A program made the position numbers and the translations under genes. From assembly GCA_003250355.1 (NCBI GenBank), contig QKGS01000087.1, forward strand, positions 1,608 through 65,607: a DNA stretch of 64,000 nucleotides, given 5' to 3'. Below are positions 18,403 through 27,137 of this stretch, piece after piece (position 1 is the first letter of the stretch; every line of letters begins with the position of its first letter). This DNA is from Bacteroidota bacterium. GTDB lineage: Bacteria; Bacteroidota; Bacteroidia; Bacteroidales; SZUA-534. The notes under the pieces were generated by a model, which made no database searches, had not been told where the DNA came from, and saw only the letters and a list, made by a program, of their open reading frames with translations.

Positions 18403-19683
18403 ATGAAAAAATATACCAATCCTCCGAAACAGCAATGGGCTGAGCTGATGCAACGCCCGGTTATGAATTTCGATGAGATAGTACCCTTAGTGCAAAATAT
18501 TCTCGATAAAGTTAAAAACGAAGGTGATAGCGCATTAAAATACTATGCCGAAAAATTCGATAACATTAAGCTTAATGAACTTCGTGTTCAATCATCAGAA
18601 TTTAACGAAGCTCTTGAGCAAATTGATATTGACCTGAAAGATGCAATTAAGCAAGCGGCCGCCAATATTGAGCATTTTCATAGTATACAGCTTCCCAAAA
18701 CCATTAAAACAGAAACAACACCCGGGGTTTCGTGTTGGCAAAAAGCATTGCCCATACAGCGTGTAGGATTATATATTCCCGGAGGAACAGCTCCCCTTTT
18801 TTCAACAGTATTAATGCTTGCCATACCGGCTCGTATAGCTCAGTGTCAGCAAGTGGTACTATGCACCCCACCCGATAAAAACGGAAAAATACACCCGGCA
18901 ATACTTTATGTAGCTAAGCTAACAGGAGTTACCGAAGTATATAAAACAGGTGGAGCTCAAGCTATTGCAGCCATGGCATATGGCACAGAATCGGTTCCCA
19001 AAGTCGATAAAATATTTGGCCCCGGCAACCAATACGTAACCACTGCCAAACAACTGGTAATGGGAAAAAGCGTAGCAATAGATATGCCTGCAGGGCCATC
19101 GGAAGTAATGGTAATTGTTGATAAAAATACTCCTGCAAAATATGCAGCATCCGATTTATTGTCGCAAGCTGAACACGGAGCTGATAGTCAGGTTATTCTA
19201 TTATCTGATTCGCCTGAAAAACTTGATGAAATAGAAAAAGAAACTCTTGCACAGCTCGAAAAACTTCCGCGCAAAGAATTTGCTGCCAAATCATTGGCAA
19301 ACAGCCGTTTAATAAGTTTTACAAGCAAAAAAGAGGCTGTTGAGTTTATGAATGGTTACGCACCCGAACACCTTATATTGGCTGTAGAAAAGCCCGAAGA
19401 GTGGTCGGAACACGTTACTCAGGCAGGTTCGGTATTTATGGGGTATTACACTCCCGAATCGGCAGGCGATTATGCTTCTGGAACTAACCATACATTGCCT
19501 ACCAATGGTTGGGCTAATGCATACAGTGGCGTAAATATGGATAGTTTTTTGAAAAAAATAACTTTTCAGCAAATTTCGAAAGAGGGATTAAAAAACCTTG
19601 GTCCTGCAATTGAAAAAATGGCTGCCGCCGAACAGCTTGATGCTCATAAGAATGCAGTATCGGTAAGACTTGAGGATTTATAA
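18403..19683 (+). CDS. hisD: Histidinol dehydrogenase
   Basis: GLYIPGG, GGAQAIAAMAYG, GPGNQYV, IDMPAGPSE, LSQAEH, APEHL, GDYASGTNHTLPT. Confidence 0.97.
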   Translation: MKKYTNPPKQQWAELMQRPVMNFDEIVPLVQNILDKVKNEGDSALKYYAEKFDNIKLNELRVQSSEFNEALEQIDIDLKDAIKQAAANIEHFHSIQLPKTIKTETTPGVSCWQKALPIQRVGLYIPGGTAPLFSTVLMLAIPARIAQCQQVVLCTPPDKNGKIHPAILYVAKLTGVTEVYKTGGAQAIAAMAYGTESVPKVDKIFGPGNQYVTTAKQLVMGKSVAIDMPAGPSEVMVIVDKNTPAKYAASDLLSQAEHGADSQVILLSDSPEKLDEIEKETLAQLEKLPRKEFAAKSLANSRLISFTSKKEAVEFMNGYAPEHLILAVEKPEEWSEHVTQAGSVFMGYYTPESAGDYASGTNHTLPTNGWANAYSGVNMDSFLKKITFQQISKEGLKNLGPAIEKMAAAEQLDAHKNAVSVRLEDL

Positions 19684-19749
19684 ACAAGACGATTTAAATA
19701 GTTGTTTTATTAAAATAAGATATTGTAATAACTTTTTAAAAAACGCCTT

Positions 19750-19980
19750 ATGGAACTAACAATTAATATAAAGGAACAAAAAAATATTGCAGCATTTCTT
19801 AATATGATAAAAGAATTTAACTATGTTGAAATTGTTGATGTTAAAGAAGGTGACACTGAAATACCAGAAAAACATAAGCAATTATTAGATGAACGCCTTT
19901 CAAGTATAAAAGAGAGTAAAACATCATTTAAAAGCTGGGAATCTGTTAAGCAAAAGTATGAAGGAAAAGCAATATTATAA
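19750..19980 (+). CDS. Addiction-module antitoxin-like protein (orphan)
   Basis: 76 aa. IPEKHKQLLDERL...FKSWESVKQK resembles the TIGR02574-type addiction module component. Confidence 0.6.
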   Translation: MELTINIKEQKNIAAFLNMIKEFNYVEIVDVKEGDTEIPEKHKQLLDERLSSIKESKTSFKSWESVKQKYEGKAIL

Positions 19981-20074
19981 GTAATTATCATCCTACAAAA
20001 GGATTAAACATATTGCCACTGCTACGCCTACCAATGACAACTTTTATAAAACCTGAAACTTGTAACTTATTAAA

Positions 20075-21136
20075 ATGAAAAACTTTAATTTAAATGCTTT
20101 AATTCGTCCCAATGTATTGGAAATGGCTCCGTATTCATCGGCGCGTGACGAATTTGAAGGCGAAGCAAATATTTTCCTTGATGCCAATGAAAACTCAATT
20201 GGGTCAAGTACCATAGAAGGTGATTACAACAGGTATCCTGACCCACGTCAGACTCCTTTACGTAATGAACTGGCAAAGATAAAAGGGATACACCCCGACC
20301 AAATATTCTTTGGCAATGGTAGCGACGAAGCTATCGACCTTATATTCAGAGCATTTTGCATACCCAAAGTTGACCGTGTACTAATACTCCCCCCAACATA
20401 CGGAATGTATAAGGTACAGGCCAATATTAACGAAACACCGGTAGATGAAATACTTCTGAACAGCGATTATTCACTCCCTGTTGATAGAATAAAAAATGAG
20501 ATAAAGCCAAATACAAAAATTATTTTTATTTGCTCGCCTAACAACCCTACAGGAAACCTAATGGCAAAAGCCGATGTGTTTGAGCTGCTTAACTGGTTCA
20601 ATGGCATTGTGGTGGTAGATGAGGCATACATTGATTTTGCCCCACAAGGCTCTTCATTTGCTCAGGAAATAAACAACTACCCTAACCTTATGGTAATGCA
20701 AACATTCAGCAAAGCATGGGGATTAGCCGGTTTGCGCCTTGGTATGGCTTACGCTCAAAAACAAATGATTGATATACTTTGCAAAATAAAGTATCCGTAC
20801 AATGTAAACCTGCTTACTCAAGAAAAAGCAATGGAAGCAGTACTTAACCCGGCTAAAAAAGATGAAATGGTGGCAGAACTTCTTTCGCAGCGCACATGGC
20901 TGAAACAACAGCTTGCAACCATTAAAACTGTAAGTAAAATATATCCCACTGATGCAAATTTCTTCCTTGTAAAGATTGATAATGCAACAGAAATATATAA
21001 AACACTTATTGATAAAGGAATTGTAGTACGTAACCGTAGCAATGTAGCTTTATGCGATAGCAGCCTGCGTATTACCGTAGGAACCGAAGAAGAAAACAAG
21101 AAACTAATTGAAGAGTTACTTTTAATTACCAAATAA
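20075..21136 (+). CDS. hisC: Histidinol-phosphate aminotransferase
   Basis: LDANEN, NRYPDP, GNGSDEAID, SPNNPTGN, DEAYIDF, TFSKAWGLAGLRLG. Confidence 0.97.
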   Translation: MKNFNLNALIRPNVLEMAPYSSARDEFEGEANIFLDANENSIGSSTIEGDYNRYPDPRQTPLRNELAKIKGIHPDQIFFGNGSDEAIDLIFRAFCIPKVDRVLILPPTYGMYKVQANINETPVDEILLNSDYSLPVDRIKNEIKPNTKIIFICSPNNPTGNLMAKADVFELLNWFNGIVVVDEAYIDFAPQGSSFAQEINNYPNLMVMQTFSKAWGLAGLRLGMAYAQKQMIDILCKIKYPYNVNLLTQEKAMEAVLNPAKKDEMVAELLSQRTWLKQQLATIKTVSKIYPTDANFFLVKIDNATEIYKTLIDKGIVVRNRSNVALCDSSLRITVGTEEENKKLIEELLLITK

Positions 21137-21140
21137 AGCT

Positions 21141-21746
21141 TTGAGCAAATATCAAAATAAATATCGTGTTGAATCAACACGCCTTCAAAATTGGAATTAC
21201 GGTTGGGATGGTGCCTATTTTATTACAATATGCACTAAGGAACGCGAACATTATTTTGGAAATATATCAGACAATAAAATGAAATTATCATCTATCGGTA
21301 TATTAGCTGATGTGTTTTGGCATGAAATAAAAAACCATGCAAAAAATATAATATTAGATGAATTTGTTGTTATGCCCAACCATATTCACGGCATATTAAT
21401 TTTAAACGACAATAATTCTGACAATAAAGGAAACGGTGGAAACGGAAACGTAGAGACAAGGCATGCCTTGTCTCTACAATCACAGAAATCACCACAATCA
21501 CAACCAACACAAAAAACAATTGGCCAACAACGTTTTCAAAATCAGGGTAAAAATACCATTTCATCAATTATAGGTTCATACAAATCGGCAGTATCAAAAC
21601 ACGCACACCGATTAGGATATGAATTTGAATGGCAATCAAAATTTTATGACCACATTATTAAAAATGAAAAATCTTTTGAAAATATTCGGTCATATATCTA
21701 TAATAACCCTGAAAACTGGGAAAAAGATAAATTCTATAGTAATTAA
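21141..21746 (+). mobile_element. REP-associated tyrosine (HUH/Y1, RAYT-like) transposase
   Basis: YFITICT, VMPNHIHGIL (HUH), WQSKFYDHII and YIYNNPENW (catalytic Tyr); TTG start; contains the VETRHALSLQ palindrome. Confidence 0.85.
21450..21477. repeat. REP-like perfect 28-bp palindrome inside the transposase gene
   Basis: GTAGAGACAAGGCA-TGCCTTGTCTCTAC. Confidence 0.9.
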
Positions 21747-21758
21747 ATAATTAATACA

Positions 21759-22880
21759 ATGGCGAAAAAAATATTATTCATTGACCGCGACGGAACTATT
21801 ATTAAAGAACCACCGGTTGATTACCAGATAGATAGTTTACAAAAACTTGAGTTTGTACCAAAAGCAATACGCAACCTTTATGAGATACGTAAAAACAGCG
21901 ATTATTTATTTGTTATGGTTAGCAATCAGGACGGATTGGGTACCGACTCCTTTCCTACTCCAACATTTGTGGAACCACACGCAAAAATGAATTGCATACT
22001 TAAAAATGAAGGTGTAGTATTTGATGCCGAACATATTGACCCTTCGCTCCCCGAAGAAAACTCACCAAACCGCAAACCACGCACAGGTATGCTTACCGGT
22101 TATCTGTCGGCCGAATACGATATTAAAAACTCTTATGTAATAGGCGACCGTGTAACCGATGTTGAGCTTGCCAAAAACCTTGGATGTAAAGCTATTTGGA
22201 TAAACAGCAAAAACAACGATGCTGTTGAAATAAACGGTTTAAGCAAGTATTGCGCTTTAACAACTACCGATTGGGACGAAGTAACCGACTTTTTATTAAA
22301 GCCTAATCAATCGTATTCGGTTACCCGAAATACTAAAGAGACAAAAATAAACTTAACACTACACCGCGATAACATAAGCAAAACAAGTATCAACAGCGGG
22401 TTGAAATTCTTTGACCATATGCTTGAACAGCTTGCCCGCCATTCGGGTTGCGGATTAGAACTCCATGTTGACGGCGACCTTGAGGTTGACGAACACCATA
22501 CCATTGAAGATGTGGCAATTGCCCTTGGCGAAGCTTACAATCAGCTACTTGGCGATAAACGGGGTATAAACCGATACGGCTTTTTGCTACCTATGGACGA
22601 AACACTGGCTACCGCAGCTATCGACTTTTCTGGTCGTCCGTGGTTTGTATGGAATGCTGAGTTTAAACGCGAGTATGTGGGCGATTTCCCTACCGAAATG
22701 GCCGAACATTTCTTTAAATCGTTTAGCGATAACGCCAAATGCAACTTACATATAAAAGTTGAAGGTAATAACGACCATCATAAACTCGAAGGGATATTCA
22801 AAGCCGTAGCCCGTGCCATAAAAGATGCCATGACACGTAATGCCGGACATGAACTTCCTAGTACAAAAGGGATGCTGTAA
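21759..22880 (+). CDS. hisB: Bifunctional histidinol-phosphatase / imidazoleglycerol-phosphate dehydratase
   Basis: FIDRDGT HAD motif, [40 protein letters not shown]. Confidence 0.97.
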   Translation: MAKKILFIDRDGTIIKEPPVDYQIDSLQKLEFVPKAIRNLYEIRKNSDYLFVMVSNQDGLGTDSFPTPTFVEPHAKMNCILKNEGVVFDAEHIDPSLPEENSPNRKPRTGMLTGYLSAEYDIKNSYVIGDRVTDVELAKNLGCKAIWINSKNNDAVEINGLSKYCALTTTDWDEVTDFLLKPNQSYSVTRNTKETKINLTLHRDNISKTSINSGLKFFDHMLEQLARHSGCGLELHVDGDLEVDEHHTIEDVAIALGEAYNQLLGDKRGINRYGFLLPMDETLATAAIDFSGRPWFVWNAEFKREYVGDFPTEMAEHFFKSFSDNAKCNLHIKVEGNNDHHKLEGIFKAVARAIKDAMTRNAGHELPSTKGML

Positions 22881-22935
22881 TTATTTATTATTTTTGAATG
22901 ATTATTTATTATTTAAGTAACCTGAAACCTGCAAC

Positions 22936-22966
22936 TTGTAACCTATAACTGTTTTAATTACATTTG
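22936..22966 (+). promoter_or_regulatory. Internal promoter upstream of purU
   Basis: TTG (22936-22938), N20, TACATTTG (22959-22966), 46 nt before the purU ATG. Confidence 0.5.
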
Positions 22967-23012
22967 CAAAAATTTCAAAAGGGTGTAAACCTTTGCCAAC
23001 TATATATTTCAA

Positions 23013-23873
23013 ATGAATAAGAACACAGCAATAATACTTATGCACTGCCCCGACCAAAGGGGTATTGTAACTAATATTACAAAATTTATACACGAAAACA
23101 ACGGTAATATTATTAACCTTGAGCAACATGTTGACCGCGATGGTAACCGTTTTTTTATGCGTATTGAGTGGGAACTCAACGGATTTAATATTCCGAAAGA
23201 CAAAATAGCCGAGTACTTTGAAACACTTATTGCTAAGAATTATCAAATGCGTTGGCGAATTTATTTCTCTGACCATAAGCCAAAAATGGCTCTGTTTTGC
23301 TCCAAGCAGATGCACTGTGCGTACGATATTTTGTCGCGATACCATGCAGGCGAATGGAATGTGGAAATACCAGTTATAATTAGCAATCACGAAGAGGCAA
23401 AGGTTATTGCACGACAAATGAAAATTGACTTTCACCACATAGTTATTACTAAAGATAACAAAGATGAAATGGAAGCCAAACAATTAGAAATACTCAAAAA
23501 GTACGAAATTGATTTTTGCGTATTGGCTAAATATATGCAAATACTAAGCGATGGGTTTGTAAGCAATTATCCTAACAAAATAATAAATATCCACCACTCG
23601 TTCTTGCCGGCTTTTGTTGGCGCAAAACCGTATCATGCAGCATTTGAGCGTGGTGTGAAAATTATTGGAGCTACAGGTCATTATGTTACTTCCGACCTCG
23701 ATGCCGGACCAATAATTGAACAAGATATTATTAGAGTTAACCACTCCGACAGCATTGAAGACCTTATTCGTAAAGGCAAAGACCTTGAGAAAATAGTTCT
23801 GGCGCGTGCCATATACTCGCACCTTAACCGTAAAATTAGTGTATACAATAACAGAGCTGTTGTATTTAGGTAA
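23013..23873 (+). CDS. purU: Formyltetrahydrofolate deformylase
   Basis: ACT-like CPDQRGIV, FFMRIEW, VIISNH, LAKYMQIL, INIHHSFLPAFVGAKPY, KIIGATGHYV, LDAGPIIEQD. Confidence 0.95.
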   Translation: MNKNTAIILMHCPDQRGIVTNITKFIHENNGNIINLEQHVDRDGNRFFMRIEWELNGFNIPKDKIAEYFETLIAKNYQMRWRIYFSDHKPKMALFCSKQMHCAYDILSRYHAGEWNVEIPVIISNHEEAKVIARQMKIDFHHIVITKDNKDEMEAKQLEILKKYEIDFCVLAKYMQILSDGFVSNYPNKIINIHHSFLPAFVGAKPYHAAFERGVKIIGATGHYVTSDLDAGPIIEQDIIRVNHSDSIEDLIRKGKDLEKIVLARAIYSHLNRKISVYNNRAVVFR

Positions 23874-23884
23874 AATATAAAAAC

Positions 23885-24466
23885 ATGGATGTAGCAATTG
23901 TAAAATATAACGCAGGTAATGTACAGTCAGTTGAATTTGCACTTAACCGTTTGGGTATAACCCCTATTATTACCGATAACCCCCAAGTACTAAGGACTGC
24001 CGATAAAGTAATATTTCCCGGTGTAGGCGAAGCCAGCTCGGCAATGAAATATTTACGTGAACGTGAACTCGATATTGTATTAAAAAACCTTACACAACCA
24101 TTTCTGGGTATTTGTCTCGGTATGCAACTAATGTGCAAGCACTCTGAAGAAAACGACACCGATTGCCTGGGAATATTCGATGTGAAAGTAAAGCTATTCC
24201 CTCCCGAAGAGAAAGTACCTCATATGGGGTGGAACAAAATATTCAATTACAACTCACCATTACTGAAAGGAATTGATGAAAACGAATACGTTTATTTTGT
24301 TCACAGCTACTATGCTGAACTTAGCAATGAAACCATAACTACTTCGAACTATATGTTCAATTACAGCTCTGGTTTAAATAAAAACAATTATTACGGATTC
24401 CAGTTCCACCCTGAAAAAAGCGGCGAAACAGGAGCTAAAATATTAAAAAATTTTATTGAATTATAA
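23885..24466 (+). CDS. hisH: Imidazole glycerol phosphate synthase glutamine amidotransferase subunit
   Basis: YNAGN, IFPGVG, LGICLGMQ, VPHMGWN, YFVHSY, QFHPEKSG. Confidence 0.97.
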   Translation: MDVAIVKYNAGNVQSVEFALNRLGITPIITDNPQVLRTADKVIFPGVGEASSAMKYLRERELDIVLKNLTQPFLGICLGMQLMCKHSEENDTDCLGIFDVKVKLFPPEEKVPHMGWNKIFNYNSPLLKGIDENEYVYFVHSYYAELSNETITTSNYMFNYSSGLNKNNYYGFQFHPEKSGETGAKILKNFIEL

Positions 24467-24488
24467 TATTCATTTTCAATATATATAA

Positions 24489-24516
24489 CTAGAGACAAGG
24501 CATGCCTTGTCTCTAG
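24489..24516. repeat. REP-like perfect 28-bp palindrome, intergenic copy
   Basis: CTAGAGACAAGGCA-TGCCTTGTCTCTAG; the 26-bp core is identical to the copy at 21451-21476. Confidence 0.9.
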
Positions 24517-24550
24517 CAAATACCAAAAAAAAATAATTATTGCAAAATAG

Positions 24551-25264
24551 ATGGAAATAATACCGGCAATAGATATGATTGATGCCAAATGTGTTCGTTT
24601 GACACTAGGCGATTTTAATCAGAAAAAAGTATATAACGAAGACCCACTTGAGGTAGCTAAAGAATTTGAAGATAACGGCATTAAGCGGTTACATTTGGTT
24701 GACCTCGATGGTGCAAAATCGGGTAAGATTGTTAACTACAAAACGCTTGAAAAAATAGCATCAAAAACAAAGCTTATTATCGACTTTGGCGGCGGATTAA
24801 ACAGCAACGAAGATTTGCAAATAGCATTCAACTCAGGAGCCGAAATGGTTACCGGCGGTAGCATTGCCGTAAAAAACAGGGAAGTATTTACCCGGTGGCT
24901 TTCAGAATTTGGAGCAGAACGTATTATTTTAGGTGCCGATGTACGCAACAACAAAATAGCAATAAAAGGGTGGCTCGAAGAGGCCGATGTAACTATCGAT
25001 GAGCTAATTACATCATACCAGCCTAACGGAATATCGAAAGTAATATGTACCGATATTTCAAAAGACGGAGCAATGAAAGGTCCTTCGTTTGAACTGTATG
25101 AGCGTTTGCAACAACAATTCCCCCAACAAAAATTTATTGCCAGTGGCGGAGTTACAGTACTAAACGATGTTATTAAGCTAAAGGAGATGAATATGCACGG
25201 CGTAATAATTGGTAAAGCTATATACGAACAAACTATCAAGATCAAAGATCTTGTAGATTTATAA
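24551..25264 (+). CDS. hisA: ProFAR isomerase
   Basis: IIPAIDM, LHLVDLDGAK, DFGGG, TDISKDG, ASGGV, IIGKAIY. Confidence 0.97.
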   Translation: MEIIPAIDMIDAKCVRLTLGDFNQKKVYNEDPLEVAKEFEDNGIKRLHLVDLDGAKSGKIVNYKTLEKIASKTKLIIDFGGGLNSNEDLQIAFNSGAEMVTGGSIAVKNREVFTRWLSEFGAERIILGADVRNNKIAIKGWLEEADVTIDELITSYQPNGISKVICTDISKDGAMKGPSFELYERLQQQFPQQKFIASGGVTVLNDVIKLKEMNMHGVIIGKAIYEQTIKIKDLVDL

Positions 25265-25293
25265 TTTATTATTTTCTATTGATTATTTAGTTG

Positions 25294-25659
25294 ATGGACA
25301 AACAAACTCTGATTAACCGAACCAAAAATTTTGCTCATTCTTGTGTTAGGTTATCAATGAAATTTCCATCAAATAAGCTAGGTAATCATATTCAAGGGCA
25401 ATTAATCAGAAGTTCAACTTCTGTTGCTGCTAATTACAGAGCAGTATGTTTAGCTCAATCCGGCAAAAGCTTTATAGCTAAACTTAGTATTGTTATAAAA
25501 GAAGTTGATGAATCAAATTTTTGGTTTGACTTTGCTGATAACGAAAACTTGATTGATAATAAAGAAGATATTATTAAGCTATTAAAAGAATCTTCAAAAT
25601 TAACAGCAATTTTAGTGTCAACAAGAAAAACAATGCAGCTAAAATTAAATAACAAATAG
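25294..25659 (+). CDS. Four-helix-bundle protein (23S rRNA intervening-sequence protein / bAvd-like family)
   Basis: QLIRSSTSVAANYRAVCLAQSGKSFIAKLSIVIKEVDESNFW is the family signature. Confidence 0.9.
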   Translation: MDKQTLINRTKNFAHSCVRLSMKFPSNKLGNHIQGQLIRSSTSVAANYRAVCLAQSGKSFIAKLSIVIKEVDESNFWFDFADNENLIDNKEDIIKLLKESSKLTAILVSTRKTMQLKLNNK

Positions 25660-25685
25660 ACAATCATAAATATTAAATTGATTAG

Positions 25686-26441
25686 ATGCTTGCAAAACGA
25701 ATAATACCTTGCCTCGATGTAAAAGACGGACGAACCGTAAAAGGGGTAAATTTTAAAGAACTGCGCGATGCCGGCGATCCGGTTGAACTAGGTGCACTAT
25801 ATGCCGAACAGCTTGCCGATGAACTCTGCTTTCTCGACATTTCAGCCACATTAGAAGAACGCAAAACATTTGCCTCGCTGGTAAAAGATATTGCACGTAA
25901 TGTAAACATTCCATTTACTGTAGGTGGCGGTATTAGCGAAGTATCACAGGTAGGTCGCCTGCTCGAAGCCGGTGCCGATAAAATAACAGTTAACTCAGCT
26001 GCTGTGAGTAACCCAATACTTGTTGAAGATATGGCTAACGAATTTGGGTCACAATGCGTTGTAGTTGCTATCGACACTAAGTATAAAGACGGTCAGTGGT
26101 ATGTATATACACACGGCGGAACCAAAGCAACCCCTATCCTAACCATTGACTGGGCTAAACAGGTGCACGACCTTGGGGCAGGCGAAATACTACTTACAAG
26201 CATGAACCACGACGGTACCAAAAGTGGTTTTGCCCTCGATATTACCCGTACTATTTCCGAAATTATCAATATCCCGGTTATTGCTTCGGGGGGGGCTGGT
26301 ACTATGAAGCACTTTAAAGAAGTATTTACCGAAGGTAAAGCCGATGCCGCTTTGGCTGCCAGTATTTTTCACTTTAAAGAAATGGAAATTGGCGACCTGA
26401 AAAACTATTTGAGAGAAGGTGGAATACCAATCAGAAGCTAA
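25686..26441 (+). CDS. hisF: Imidazole glycerol phosphate synthase cyclase subunit
   Basis: [52 protein letters not shown]. Confidence 0.97.
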   Translation: MLAKRIIPCLDVKDGRTVKGVNFKELRDAGDPVELGALYAEQLADELCFLDISATLEERKTFASLVKDIARNVNIPFTVGGGISEVSQVGRLLEAGADKITVNSAAVSNPILVEDMANEFGSQCVVVAIDTKYKDGQWYVYTHGGTKATPILTIDWAKQVHDLGAGEILLTSMNHDGTKSGFALDITRTISEIINIPVIASGGAGTMKHFKEVFTEGKADAALAASIFHFKEMEIGDLKNYLREGGIPIRS

Positions 26442-26521
26442 ATACTTATTACTAGTACTTATCAAATAAGAATTGATATATTATTAATGAATCAGAAACA
26501 CACATCAAAAGATAATTAACA

Positions 26522-27136
26522 ATGAACTTAGATTATTCAAAATACGCCGATGGTTTAATACCTGCCATAGTACAAGATGCCAAAACCGACAAAGTGCTTA
26601 TGCTTGGGTTTATGAATCAGGAAGCTCTCAAAATAACTCAAGAAACAGGCAAAGTTACATTCTACTCGCGTACACAGAAAAAACTATGGACCAAAGGTGA
26701 AACATCGGGTCATTACCTCAATGTTAAAAATATATTAGCCGATTGCGATAACGATACTTTGCTTATAAAAGCAAACCCAATTGGACCAACTTGCCATAAA
26801 GGCGATGATACTTGTTTTCAAGAAGTTAACAAGCCGGCACAAGCTAACAACAATGAATTTACGCTCGAATACTTAGAATCGGTGATTGAGCAGCGTTTGA
26901 GCGAGTCGCCCGAAAAGTCATACACCCGCCGACTATTCGATAAAGGTATTAACAAAGTAGCTCAAAAAGTTGGCGAAGAAGCAGTAGAAATAGTTATTGA
27001 GGCAAAAGACAGCAACGACGATTTATTTATAAACGAGGCTGCCGACTTAATGTTCCACTACCTTTTGTTATTAAAAGCTAAAGGATTTAAACTCAAAGAT
27101 GTAATAAATACATTGGAGAGCAGACATAAGAAGTAA
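26522..27136 (+). CDS. hisIE: Bifunctional phosphoribosyl-AMP cyclohydrolase / phosphoribosyl-ATP pyrophosphatase
   Basis: GLIPAIVQD, FYSRT..LWTKGETSG, DCDNDTL, PTCHKG..TCF, SYT..L..KG, KVGEEAVE, EAADLMFH. Confidence 0.97.
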   Translation: MNLDYSKYADGLIPAIVQDAKTDKVLMLGFMNQEALKITQETGKVTFYSRTQKKLWTKGETSGHYLNVKNILADCDNDTLLIKANPIGPTCHKGDDTCFQEVNKPAQANNNEFTLEYLESVIEQRLSESPEKSYTRRLFDKGINKVAQKVGEEAVEIVIEAKDSNDDLFINEAADLMFHYLLLLKAKGFKLKDVINTLESRHKK

Positions 27137-27137
27137 A

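Noticed and set aside
25294-25659. Diversity-generating retroelement (bAvd homologue)
   Set aside because: No reverse transcriptase and no template/variable repeat pair with adenine-specific mismatches is visible in the window.
22902-26465. Long antisense ORFs over purU, hisH, hisA and hisF (for example 22902-23483, 24736-25245, 25682-26077)
   Set aside because: They fully overlap conserved genes on the other strand and have no protein-like motifs.
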